Source of the DNA: Acidimicrobiales bacterium | GTDB taxonomy: Bacteria; Actinomycetota; Acidimicrobiia; Acidimicrobiales; SZUA-35 | Direction: 5' to 3' | DNA length: 64,000 nucleotides | Assembly (NCBI GenBank): GCA_050330635.1 | Contig: JBHJNQ010000057.1 | Coordinates: 42,570-106,569 of the forward strand | In this document: piece after piece, positions 45,081-53,742 of the stretch | Layout of the letters: every line of letters begins with the position of its first letter | Position numbering within the stretch: position 1 is the first letter of the stretch | Notes under the pieces: generated by a model | What the model was told of the DNA's origin: nothing | Database searches by the model: none | What the model saw: the letters and a program-made list of their open reading frames with translations, nothing else | Position numbers and translations under genes: made by a program

Positions 45081-47579
45081 CTACTCGAGCACCTCGGCGG
45101 CGGCGAGCTCGGCGACGCGGGCCTCGTCGTAGCCGAGGATGCCGGTGAGCACCTCCCAGGTGTGCTCGCCGAGGAGCGGGGCCGGCCGGTCGAGCCGGCT
45201 GGGCGTCCGCGACAGCCGAAATCGGGTGTTCTCGATCAGGCTCTCCCGCAGCGGGTGGGCCAGGCGGACGAAGTGCCCGGCGTGGGCCAGCTGGGGATCG
45301 GCCAGGCAGGCGGGCCCGTCGACGACCGGGTGCGCGGCCACCCCCCGGGCCTGGAGCCGCTCGGTCAGCTCGTCGCCGTCGTGGTCGGCCGTCCATGCGG
45401 CCACGGCCTCGTCGAGCTCGTCGGCCATCGCCACCCGGCCGGCGCCGGTGTCTAGGTCGGGGTCGGCGGCCAGATCGGGTCGTTCCATGAGGTCGGCCAG
45501 GGCCCGCCATGCCTCGTCGCTCTGGCAGGCGAGGGCGATCCAGCGGTCGTCGCCGGCCACCGGATAGACGCCGTGGGGCGCCATCTCCGGGTCGCGATTG
45601 CCCGAGCGGTGAACGTTGCGACCGTTGGCCGTCACTTCGAGCAGGGCCGGGGTCAGGAAGTGCTGCGCCGCCTCGGCCTGGGCCAGGTCGATGTAGCAGC
45701 CCTCCCCGGTGCGGCGGCGGTCGTCGATGGCGGCGAGGAGCGTGGCCGCCAGGAAGTGGGTCGACGTGTAGTCGGTGTAGGCGCCGAACGGACCCGCCGG
45801 GGGTCGGTCGGGCCACCCGGCCAGCCCGTAGAAGCCGGCGAAGGCGGCACCCAGGTTGCCGTAGCCGGCGAACGACGCCATCGGGCCGGTCTGACCGGCC
45901 AGGCACGTCGAGGCCATGATGACCCTCGGATTGAGGGCCCGGAGCTGTTCGTAGTCGAGACCCCAGGCCCGCATGGCTTTCGGTGAGTAGCTCTCGACGA
46001 CCACGTCGCACCAGCGCACGAGATCGTGCACGACCTCGAGGGCCTCGGGTTTCGACAGGTCGAGCGACAGGCTCAGCTTCCCCGTGGCCATCGTGTCGAA
46101 CAGCGCCGAGTTCTCGATGCCGGCCTCGTTGCGGTGGACCGGTCGGTAGCCGCGGGCGGCATCCTGCTTGTTGGCCGACTCCACCTTGACCACGGTGGCC
46201 CCGAAGTCGGCCAGCACCCGAACGGCGTGGGGGCCGGCTATCGACCACGTGAAGTCCAGGACCCGCAGCCCGCTCAGCGGCAGGTCGTGACCGATGCGGG
46301 CGGCGAGGTCGTCGCCGTCGGCCCCCGGCTCGGGCCCGGCGCCGGCCCCGGTGTCGGCGTCGGCGGCCCCGACGTCGGCGGCCCCGGTGTCGAACGGCGC
46401 CAGGAGCTCCTCGTCGTGCTGGCCGAGCAGTGGGGCCGGGCCCAGGGCGGGGAGCGGATGGGGCAGGACCCTGGCGAACGCCCCGGGGGCGATGAGCGTG
46501 CGACCGGTGGCCCGGTGCTCGACCAGATCGAAGAAGCCACGGGCGGCCAGCTGCTCGCTGGCGATCACGTCGGCCGGGGTGGCGATCGGGGCCATAAGCA
46601 GCCCTCGTTCCATGGCCCCCGCCAAAAGCTCGGCCTTGGTCTTGGACGAGGTGAAGGCCTCGACCGCTGCCTTGGCCCGCTCCCACTCCTCGATCGGCTC
46701 CGCTCCCGACTCGAGCAGTTCGGTGTAGCCGACCCAGTCCTTGTCGCGCAGTGCGGCGTCGCAGAAGCCCTCTTCGCACACCCAGTCCATCAGCCGCCGG
46801 GTGTTCTGGCCGATCGGCAGGCCGAACACGTGGGTGATCGAGACGTGACCGTCGGCCGCCGGGTACACGAGGCGCAGTCGGATCTTGCCGGTGACCGCTC
46901 CCCCGGCGGTGCGTTTGGGGTCGGGCGACCCCACCGCGGCCGAGAGGAGCCCGGCCTGGGTGCCCAGGGTGGCGGTCCACTGGGCGGCGGCGTCGACGTG
47001 CTGACCGAGACCGCTGCGACCCCGTTCGATGAGGGCCACGATGGCCCCGGCGGCGGCCGACGCCGCCCCGAAGTGGTAGCCCTGGGGAACGCTGAGGCGG
47101 ACCGGGGGCCGGTCGTCGTCGCCGGTGACCCACAGGGTGACGGCGCTCGCCATGACGGTCAGATCGGTGGCCGCCCACCGCGCCTTGGGTCCCTCACGCC
47201 CGAAGGCGCTGATCGACACCTGGACCAGGTGCGGGAACTCCTCGCTGAGCCGTTGCGGTCCGAGGCCCAGCTCGTCGAGGCGGCCCGGAACATCGGACGA
47301 GATCACCACGTCGGCGGTGGTGAGGAGGCGCCGCAGCCGATGGCGGTCGTCGTCGGCCTCGATGTCGAGCACCACCGACTTCTTGCCCCGGTTGTAGGCG
47401 AAATGGGTGAGCGACCGCTCGGGGTCGGCCACGTCGCCGACGAACGGCCCGAGTCTCCGGGCCCGGGAGCCGCCGGGGGGCTCGACGGCGATGACGTCGG
47501 CACCCAGGGCGGCCAGTATGTATCCGCACAGGTGTCCCCGTTCGTCGGACAGGTCGATCACCCGGTACGGCGTCAGCAT
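45081..47579 (-). CDS. Tandem-fused family III CoA-transferase, paralog of 35648..38077
   Basis: Internal ATG at 47579 (MLTPYRVIDLSDERGHLCGYILAALGADVIAVEPPGG). The second module has LRVLDFTWSIAGPHAVRVLADFGATVVKVES. It is collinear with the other copy, which I estimate by eye at roughly 40-50 percent identity. Confidence 0.85.
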   Translation of the reverse strand: MLTPYRVIDLSDERGHLCGYILAALGADVIAVEPPGGSRARRLGPFVGDVADPERSLTHFAYNRGKKSVVLDIEADDDRHRLRRLLTTADVVISSDVPGRLDELGLGPQRLSEEFPHLVQVSISAFGREGPKARWAATDLTVMASAVTLWVTGDDDRPPVRLSVPQGYHFGAASAAAGAIVALIERGRSGLGQHVDAAAQWTATLGTQAGLLSAAVGSPDPKRTAGGAVTGKIRLRLVYPAADGHVSITHVFGLPIGQNTRRLMDWVCEEGFCDAALRDKDWVGYTELLESGAEPIEEWERAKAAVEAFTSSKTKAELLAGAMERGLLMAPIATPADVIASEQLAARGFFDLVEHRATGRTLIAPGAFARVLPHPLPALGPAPLLGQHDEELLAPFDTGAADVGAADADTGAGAGPEPGADGDDLAARIGHDLPLSGLRVLDFTWSIAGPHAVRVLADFGATVVKVESANKQDAARGYRPVHRNEAGIENSALFDTMATGKLSLSLDLSKPEALEVVHDLVRWCDVVVESYSPKAMRAWGLDYEQLRALNPRVIMASTCLAGQTGPMASFAGYGNLGAAFAGFYGLAGWPDRPPAGPFGAYTDYTSTHFLAATLLAAIDDRRRTGEGCYIDLAQAEAAQHFLTPALLEVTANGRNVHRSGNRDPEMAPHGVYPVAGDDRWIALACQSDEAWRALADLMERPDLAADPDLDTGAGRVAMADELDEAVAAWTADHDGDELTERLQARGVAAHPVVDGPACLADPQLAHAGHFVRLAHPLRESLIENTRFRLSRTPSRLDRPAPLLGEHTWEVLTGILGYDEARVAELAAAEVLE

Positions 47580-47812
47580 CAGCCTTCCCACCCCAGCCCG
47601 GCCCTGACCCGCAGGGGCACGTTGCCGGCCAGCCGCTCGAGCGACCCGTTCATCAGCTCGGGGGCGAGACCGGGGGCCGCACCCCAGGTCACGAGGTCGG
47701 TCACCCCGTAGGTGGCGACGGACGAGGTGAGCTCGGCCACCACCTCGGGCGCCCCCTGGGCCAGGAGGTGGGTGTCGAAGCGGGCGGCCCGCCGGGCCGC
47801 GTTCTCGCTCAT
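47579..47812 (-). CDS. 77-aa ORF equal to the C-terminal segment of a luciferase-like monooxygenase; probably an in-frame deletion relic that is still translationally coupled
   Basis: The protein is MSENAARRAARFDTHLLAQGAPEVVAELTSSVATYGVTDLVTWGAAPGLAPELMNGSLERLAGNVPLRVRAGLGWEG. The pattern G.PE.V...L....GV..LV......L.PE....SLE.LA..V.P is an LLM C-terminus. ATGA overlaps occur at both ends (47809-47812 and 47577-47581). Confidence 0.5.
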   Translation of the reverse strand: MSENAARRAARFDTHLLAQGAPEVVAELTSSVATYGVTDLVTWGAAPGLAPELMNGSLERLAGNVPLRVRAGLGWEG

Positions 47813-48861
47813 ACCGGCGATCCGGACGGTCGCTCCACCGCTCGTTCGGCAGGTCGTTCGGCCGAGGCCAGGCTCGCCTGGTAGGCGGCCAGCCAGTCCA
47901 CGTCGTCGGGGGCGAGGAAGAAGCCGCTGCGGGAGTCGTAGAAGGCGTCGGGGTCGTCGACCCCCGGCGGTACCTCACCGTCGTCGCGCCACGCCCTGGC
48001 CGCCAGCAACGCCCGCCGCCGGGTGGGGAAGATCATCATGTCGCTGGTGGTCAGGTGCTCGTTGGTGAAGTCGGTGATCGGCCCCATCGACTCGGTGACG
48101 GTCTGGTCCTGGAGGTGGATGTCGGTGGTGCCGGTGTAGATCCGACCGGACTGCGGGGCCTCCCGGTCGGTCAGCTCGGACCACATGACGTTGATGAACA
48201 TCGTGTGCTCGTCGTCGAGGGGGACCCACGCCCGGGCGTGGACGTGGCGCTCGAACGGGCCCTGGGGTTGCTGGGTCCAGAACGGGAACATGAAGTTGGC
48301 GAACCGCCAGTACGTCGACCCCTCGCCCCCGTTGCGGTAGGCCCCGTAGGAGGTGCCCCACGGGGTGTCCCGCACCTGGTAGCTCGGGGCCCGGTTGGTG
48401 ACCGTTCCAATCATCGGGTTGTCGGGATCGAGCTCGTCGGCCTCCAGGTGACCGATGTGGAGGAACCCGAAGTGGGGGGTGTCGATGTCGCCCTCCATGG
48501 CCTGGAGCCAGTTGCAGCGGCGCATGACGGGTTGGATCTCGAGCTCGGACTCGGGCAGGAGGGTGACCTCGATGCGGGGCAGCGGGGGCGGCGTCGAGCG
48601 GCCACCCATGTAGGCCCAGACCAGGCTGCCATGCTCGGCCGCGGGATAGGCACCGGCCCGCACCTTGTCGCAGAACCGGTCCTCGGGGCGGAAGGCGATC
48701 AGCTGCTCCCCGAGCAGCTTCAGGCGGACGGGGTCGCCGTCGACGGCCAGCTCCCGAGACAGGCAGGCCGGGATCCAGTACTGCCGCATCAGCTCACCCA
48801 TGGTGCTACCGGGTCCGACCCGGGTCAGGTCGTCCTGCACGATCTGGGCTCTGGTGTTCAT
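47809..48861 (-). CDS. Ring-hydroxylating oxygenase alpha-subunit homolog lacking the Rieske [2Fe-2S] segment
   Basis: ATG at 48861 is preceded by GGGGGGAA. LTRVGPGSTMGELMRQYWIPA..LLGEQLIAFRPED is joined directly to RFCDKVRAGAYPAAEHGSLVWAYMGG. No CxH..CxxH motif occurs anywhere. The mononuclear-iron motif NWLQAMEGDIDTPHFGFLH is kept. Confidence 0.7.
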   Translation of the reverse strand: MNTRAQIVQDDLTRVGPGSTMGELMRQYWIPACLSRELAVDGDPVRLKLLGEQLIAFRPEDRFCDKVRAGAYPAAEHGSLVWAYMGGRSTPPPLPRIEVTLLPESELEIQPVMRRCNWLQAMEGDIDTPHFGFLHIGHLEADELDPDNPMIGTVTNRAPSYQVRDTPWGTSYGAYRNGGEGSTYWRFANFMFPFWTQQPQGPFERHVHARAWVPLDDEHTMFINVMWSELTDREAPQSGRIYTGTTDIHLQDQTVTESMGPITDFTNEHLTTSDMMIFPTRRRALLAARAWRDDGEVPPGVDDPDAFYDSRSGFFLAPDDVDWLAAYQASLASAERPAERAVERPSGSPV

Positions 48862-49199
48862 CGATTCCCCCCGACGTTTCCGGCCACCCATCCGCCGGCG
48901 CCGGTGACGCGAGTATGGCGGGCCGCACCACCAGCGGTCACGCTGGCGGCCCGGGTCGGCGGCCACCGTACGTCGGCCGGGCCCGACGGTGCGATGGTCC
49001 ACGTGCCTGGCCCCCACCGACTTCTCACCCCTGCGGTGGCCGATCGGCCTCCCGGGTCCCTGGTCGTCGGCCAAGTCACGCCGACGACGACCGGGCCGAG
49101 CGCACACACTCGTTGCGCCCACCGCCAACATCGACGCCCTCCGCAACGAAAGTCCGACGGCGGCCGTGTCACTTCGCGGGCGAGGGCGACGGGGGCGGG

Positions 49200-50453
49200 G
49201 CGGGGCGGCCGAGTCGTAGTAGCGGTCGAGGAAGTCGAGGCTGTCGGCCCGCCAACGCCGGGCCGGGGTGGGCGGGTCGTCGAGGCCGAGGTGGTTGTCG
49301 ACGGCGGGGTCGTAGCGATCCCACCCGGTGATCGCCCCACCGTTGGGGTCGGCGGTGGCGGCGAAGCGGACCCAGGCGTCGGCCATGGCCGCCCCGGTCG
49401 GCTGGGCGGCGGCGAACAGTCCCGCCACCTCCTCCCCGTGGCCGGGCCCGTCCGAGCGACCCGGAGCCCGGTGGGTGTAGAGGTAGCGGTGGACGGCGGG
49501 TTGGCGGCGGGCAACTTCGACGGCGATGCCCCGGGCCCCGTAGGTGAACTGGGTGTCACCGAACACCTCAGCCACCGCGCCCCGGACGTCGTCGTCGGCG
49601 CGGGCTGGGTAGTGGTGGAGGGCCTCCTCGCTCGACGAACCGAAGTTGGCCTCCACCAGCTCCCGGTAGCCCACGACGGTGGTGATGGGCCACCCCGCCG
49701 TCAACGGGCCCCCCCTCGTCGAGGTTGCCGCCCACGATCGTGGGCACGGCGGCGAAGCGACCGGCACGGTGACCAGGCCCGCATGGCGTCGACGTCGTTG
49801 CCGTAGGCCGCCACCGCCCCCGCCTCCGCCTCGGGCAGGGACGCCAGCGGGCGCCACGCCCCCGGGCTCTGCAGCACGAGCCGCTGGAACGAGCCCTCGG
49901 CCAGCGGGGAGGTCTGGAGCAGGGCCAGCGAGGCCGAGCCGGCCGATACCCCGAAGGCGGTGATCCGCCCCGGGTCGCCGCCGTAGCGGTCGATGTGGTC
50001 GGCCACCCAGCGCAGCGCAGCCAGGTTGTCGAGCAGGCCGTAGTTGCCCGACGACCCGTAGGGCGATTCGGCGGTCAGGCCCGGATGGGCCAGGGAGCCG
50101 AGTAGCCCGACCCGGTAGTTGGCGGTGACCACGACCGCCCCCCGGCGGGCCAGCTGCTCACCGTCACCGGTCGGATCGGAGGCCGAGCCGAACAGGAACG
50201 AGCCGCCGTAGAACCACACCAGCACGGGGAGGCCGGCGTCGGGGTCGTCCGTGGGGCTCCACACGTTGAGGAACAGGCAGTCCTCGTCCTGACCGGGAGC
50301 CCGGGTCGGCGACGCTCCCCGCGGTTGGGGGCAGTCGGCCGGCCAGTGACCGAGGGACGCCGCTCCGGCCACGTAGGCCGGAGGCTGCCAGCGCCGGCCC
50401 CCGGTCGGTGGTTCGGCGAAGCGGATCCCCAGGTGACGATGGATCTCGATCAT
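49200..50453 (-). pseudogene. Type-B carboxylesterase pseudogene (two frame changes, short N-terminus, internal deletion)
   Basis: Frame A (ORF 49701..50627) carries GIRFAEPP, EDCLFLNVW, VWFYGGSF and FGVSAGS. A third frame carries RFAAVPTIVGGNLDEGG. Frame B (N-terminal part of ORF 47809..49857) carries YRELVEANFG..GPGHGEEVAGLF..WVRFAATADPNG. A run of seven C lies at 49709-49715, at the second frame change. Confidence 0.65.
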
Positions 50454-50541
50454 GGTGTGGTCTCCGGAGACGGGGGTGGTCGTCGGCGTCGCCGGTCGGG
50501 TGAGGTGGGGCCGCTCGGTGGGAGCGCCGCCGGCGGTCCGG

Positions 50542-51624
50542 TCAGTAGCCCAGCTCGTGGGCGGCCCGCTCCAGGGCCACCGTGACCGACCATTCGGTCC
50601 TCGCCAGGCGGAGATCGGTGTTGGCACCGTCGGCGTAGAGGCCGGCGGCGCTCATCCAGAAGGCGGCCGAACGCATGGCGTAGAGCAGCTGGTAGTAGCG
50701 GCACCGGTCCTCGTCGATCTCTATCCCGGTCGCAGTCTGGTAGCGCTCGAAGAACAGCTCCCGGGGCACGACGTTGGAGAGCAGGTCGGTGCCCTCCCGG
50801 TTGAGCTCGGTCAACATGTAGGCCACGTCGTACAGGGGATCGCCGATGACCTGGAGCTCCCAGTCGAGGACGGCCGACACCCGGTCGTCGTCGATGAGCA
50901 CGTTGCCCGTGCGGTAGGCGCCGTGAACCAGGGTGAGCCGGTCGGTCGCCGGGGCGTTGGCCTCGAGCCATCCGATCAGGTCGGCGAGGATGGGATGGCC
51001 GGGATGCCCCGACTCCTCGATGAGGGTCCGCCACTTGGCGATCTCCCGGCGGGCGAACCCGTCGCCCGGCTCGGGAACGCCGAGGAAGTCGAGACCGACG
51101 CCCCGCCAGTCGGCGGTGTGGATGGCGGCCAGGGCGTCGGTGAAGCTGGCGGGGAGGACGCCCCGTTCGGCCGCCGCCGCGTAGTACTCCCGGCCGGCCC
51201 GCCGCCACGGGCTGGGACACTCCCCCGCCACCCGTTCCATGAGGAGGGCCGGTGCCCCGAGAACCGAGGGGTCGGGTTCGTGCCAGAACACCCGGGGGGC
51301 GGGCACGTCGGTGGCCTCGAGGCAGCGGAGGACCCGGTACTGCTCCTCGAGGTCGGACATCTCCCGCAACAGGGCGTTGCCGGGATCGCGGCGCAGGCAC
51401 AGGCCCTGGACCCGCTCACCCGACGCGTCGCGCCAGCGGGCGTCGAACAGCCAGGTCTCGTGCGACCAGCCGACGGCGATGCGGGTCAGTCCCTCGATGG
51501 CGACGGGGCCGTCGGCCTCGAGCCGCTCAGTCAGGTAGGGGCCGAGGACGGCCACCAGCTCGTCTTCGGTCGTGATGTCGGTGGTCGTGACGTCGGTGGT
51601 GGAGGCGGTCGTCGTGTCGCTCAT
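50542..51624 (-). CDS. APH-family phosphotransferase (ACAD10/11- and LvaA-like kinase)
   Basis: Internal ATG at 51624. Motifs are GWSHETWLF, LVHGAYRTGNVLID (Brenner-type HGD/N) and VLDWELQVIGDPLYDVAY (DxD). Confidence 0.82.
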   Translation of the reverse strand: MSDTTTASTTDVTTTDITTEDELVAVLGPYLTERLEADGPVAIEGLTRIAVGWSHETWLFDARWRDASGERVQGLCLRRDPGNALLREMSDLEEQYRVLRCLEATDVPAPRVFWHEPDPSVLGAPALLMERVAGECPSPWRRAGREYYAAAAERGVLPASFTDALAAIHTADWRGVGLDFLGVPEPGDGFARREIAKWRTLIEESGHPGHPILADLIGWLEANAPATDRLTLVHGAYRTGNVLIDDDRVSAVLDWELQVIGDPLYDVAYMLTELNREGTDLLSNVVPRELFFERYQTATGIEIDEDRCRYYQLLYAMRSAAFWMSAAGLYADGANTDLRLARTEWSVTVALERAAHELGY

Positions 51625-52019
51625 CTGGCGATCTCCATCCGCCGGTCGATGTCGCGGCGCAGCACCGGCCGGATGAGTCCGAGGGCGGCCACCACCGCCG
51701 GCCGGTCGTGGCCCCACCGGTAGAGGGCGTCGAGGAGCGGGCCGACGGCATCGATCCGCCCCCCGCCGAGCCCGGCGAGGGCGGCCGCCACCTCGTCGGG
51801 GGCGCCGGCCAGCACCGGGGGCAGGGCCTCAGCCAGGGCGGCCAGATCGGCGGCCTCGTCTCGGGCGTGGTGGGGGCCGAGGGCGAGCTGGCGGGCCACC
51901 TTCTCGAGGATGACGGAGGCCATGAAGGCCTGGGTCCGGGGGTACTCGTCGGCCACGGCGGGGCCGATGTCGTTGCGGAGGGTGCTCGACAGCCGGCCGA
52001 GCAGCTCGTCGGGCGTCAT
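51621..52019 (-). CDS. Small helical protein coupled to the kinase
   Basis: Internal ATG at 52019 gives MTPDELLGRLSSTLRNDIGPAV.. (132 aa). ATGA overlaps occur with both neighbours (51621-51624 and 52016-52019). Confidence 0.6.
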   Translation of the reverse strand: MTPDELLGRLSSTLRNDIGPAVADEYPRTQAFMASVILEKVARQLALGPHHARDEAADLAALAEALPPVLAGAPDEVAAALAGLGGGRIDAVGPLLDALYRWGHDRPAVVAALGLIRPVLRRDIDRRMEIAR

Positions 52020-52984
52020 CGGCCGGAACCCCCGGCGGCGGCGCCGTCCCAGCTGCCGGCCCGGCGGGCGGCGGCCCAGCGGTGCACGGGCCACATGTCC
52101 TGGTCCTCACCCCACCAGGCGGGGCCGACGCCGTCGACGTCCCACTCGATCAGGCTGTTGATGTCGATGAAGGTGTGGCGGTTGATCACGAGGCGGCTCC
52201 ACGACCGGCCGGCGGCGGCGAACGGGTCGCCGTTGGCGTCGGTGGCCTCGATTCGTATCTCGTCGACCCAGCCGTGGACCGGGTTGCGGCGCACGGTCCG
52301 CTCGCCGTCGACGAGCGACACGGCCTCTCCGTGGCGGTCGACGAAGCCGTAGGCCACCCGGTCGGTGCCGTCGCTGGTGTTGGTGACGGCCAGGAACCCC
52401 CGGCCCCCGTCACCGGCACCGGTGACGTAGGCGGCGTGGCGGGGACGGTCCTCGGGGCGCCGACCCCACGTCCGGTCGCGCATGGCCCAACAGTCGATGT
52501 CGAGCGTCTCGCCCACGATCTCGATCGTGCCGGTCACGTGGCCGATCTGGTCGAAGTGGGCGGCCCGCCCGAACGTCGACCCCTCGGCCACGAGGGGGCG
52601 GGGGGCCATGACGGCGCGGAAGCGGAGGTCGGCGGTGAAGCGCCCGGGGTCGTCGTAGCCGAGGCGGTAGGCCGACGTCGGCTCCTCGACGTCGATACGG
52701 ACGCCGGTGGGGAGCTCGACGTGGCGCAGGTCGGCGCCCTCCGGCAGTTCGAGGGCGGAGTAGTTGGCCGAGTAGAGCGCCTCCCACGGTAGGTGGGCGC
52801 CGTCGTCCCATAGCCAGGCCCCACCGGCCACCGTGCCGATCGTGGGGCGGACCATGGTGTAGAACCAACCGCCCAGCCGACGGCCGGGATGGTGGAACGA
52901 GAACCACGAGGTCTCGGTGAACCACCACTGATCGTCGGCCAGGTGGTGATGGAACCCGTCGTCGTCGGGGCTGAACTCGACCAT
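52016..52984 (-). CDS. Uncharacterised 322-aa protein, first gene of the kinase operon
   Basis: The composition is coding-like and Trp-rich (DDQWWFTETSWFSFHHPGRRLGGWFYTMV..). I could not assign a catalytic motif. Confidence 0.65.
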   Translation of the reverse strand: MVEFSPDDDGFHHHLADDQWWFTETSWFSFHHPGRRLGGWFYTMVRPTIGTVAGGAWLWDDGAHLPWEALYSANYSALELPEGADLRHVELPTGVRIDVEEPTSAYRLGYDDPGRFTADLRFRAVMAPRPLVAEGSTFGRAAHFDQIGHVTGTIEIVGETLDIDCWAMRDRTWGRRPEDRPRHAAYVTGAGDGGRGFLAVTNTSDGTDRVAYGFVDRHGEAVSLVDGERTVRRNPVHGWVDEIRIEATDANGDPFAAAGRSWSRLVINRHTFIDINSLIEWDVDGVGPAWWGEDQDMWPVHRWAAARRAGSWDGAAAGGSGR

Positions 52985-53170
52985 CGGGCCAACCTAGCCG
53001 CCTCGCCGGAAGCAGGGCCTCCCGCCGGCCCTCATGCGACCAGGCGCTGGCGCCTCACGTACCGGCGGCCTCGACGCGTCACCGCCGCCAGAAGGGGATC
53101 GACGCTCTGGCCCTCGGCGGTGCCGTACCCGTCGGTCGAGACGTTGGTCGCCCCGCCGTAGGCTACGTGG

Positions 53171-53623
53171 ATGGGCTTTGCGGAGGCGATCAAAGACGTC
53201 CAGATGCGAACAGCGAACGTCGTGCATCGCAGCCTGCTGACGGTGTCGGGCGGCCGGATCGGTCGCACGTTGGGCAACATGGCGGTCTACAAGGTCACGA
53301 CCACCGGCCGGTCCTCGGGCCGGCCCCGCACCGTGATGCTCACTGCCCCGGTCCGCGATGGCGACACGTTCGTGTTCGTTGCGTCCAAGGGCGGCGACGA
53401 CCGCGATCCGGACTGGTATCGCAACCTGGTCGCCAATCCCCAGATAGTCATCGAACCCGCGCACGGCGGCGGCGCGATGACCCTCGTCGCTCGCACCGCG
53501 TCGCCCGAGGAGAAGGCCGAGCTCTGGCCGCAGATCGTTGCGGCGTACAAGGGGTACGGCGGTTATCAGCGCAAGACCGAGCGCGACATTCCGGTCGTGG
53601 TGGCTGAGCCGCTGGCGGGCTGA
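53171..53623 (+). CDS. Deazaflavin (F420H2)-dependent nitroreductase/quinone reductase family protein (Ddn-like)
   Basis: Motifs are TTTGRSSGRPRTVMLT, FVFVASKGGDDRDPDWYRNLVANP and LWPQIVAAYKGYGGYQ. Confidence 0.82.
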   Translation: MGFAEAIKDVQMRTANVVHRSLLTVSGGRIGRTLGNMAVYKVTTTGRSSGRPRTVMLTAPVRDGDTFVFVASKGGDDRDPDWYRNLVANPQIVIEPAHGGGAMTLVARTASPEEKAELWPQIVAAYKGYGGYQRKTERDIPVVVAEPLAG

Positions 53624-53742
53624 CCATCGCCCCACCCGTCCCGCCCACACCCGACGGCAGGGATTCGGGTCGCCTGGCCCGTCCCGACACCTCGGCGATC
53701 GACAAGGGGTGGCCGGCTCGGGTCGTCCTACGGACGGTCGGT

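Noticed and set aside
35648-47579. The inverted CoA-transferase paralogs considered as arms of a composite transposon or mobile island
   Set aside because: There is no transposase, integrase, tRNA or terminal repeat. The two copies are old paralogs, only moderately similar at the protein level, and not recent duplicates.
47809-49857. 682-aa ORF that looks like an esterase-oxygenase fusion protein
   Set aside because: It is a composite. The N-terminal part is one frame of the decayed esterase. The middle ~110 aa are R/P-rich non-coding-looking sequence. The oxygenase has its own ATG at 48861 with a strong GGGGGGAA Shine-Dalgarno sequence.
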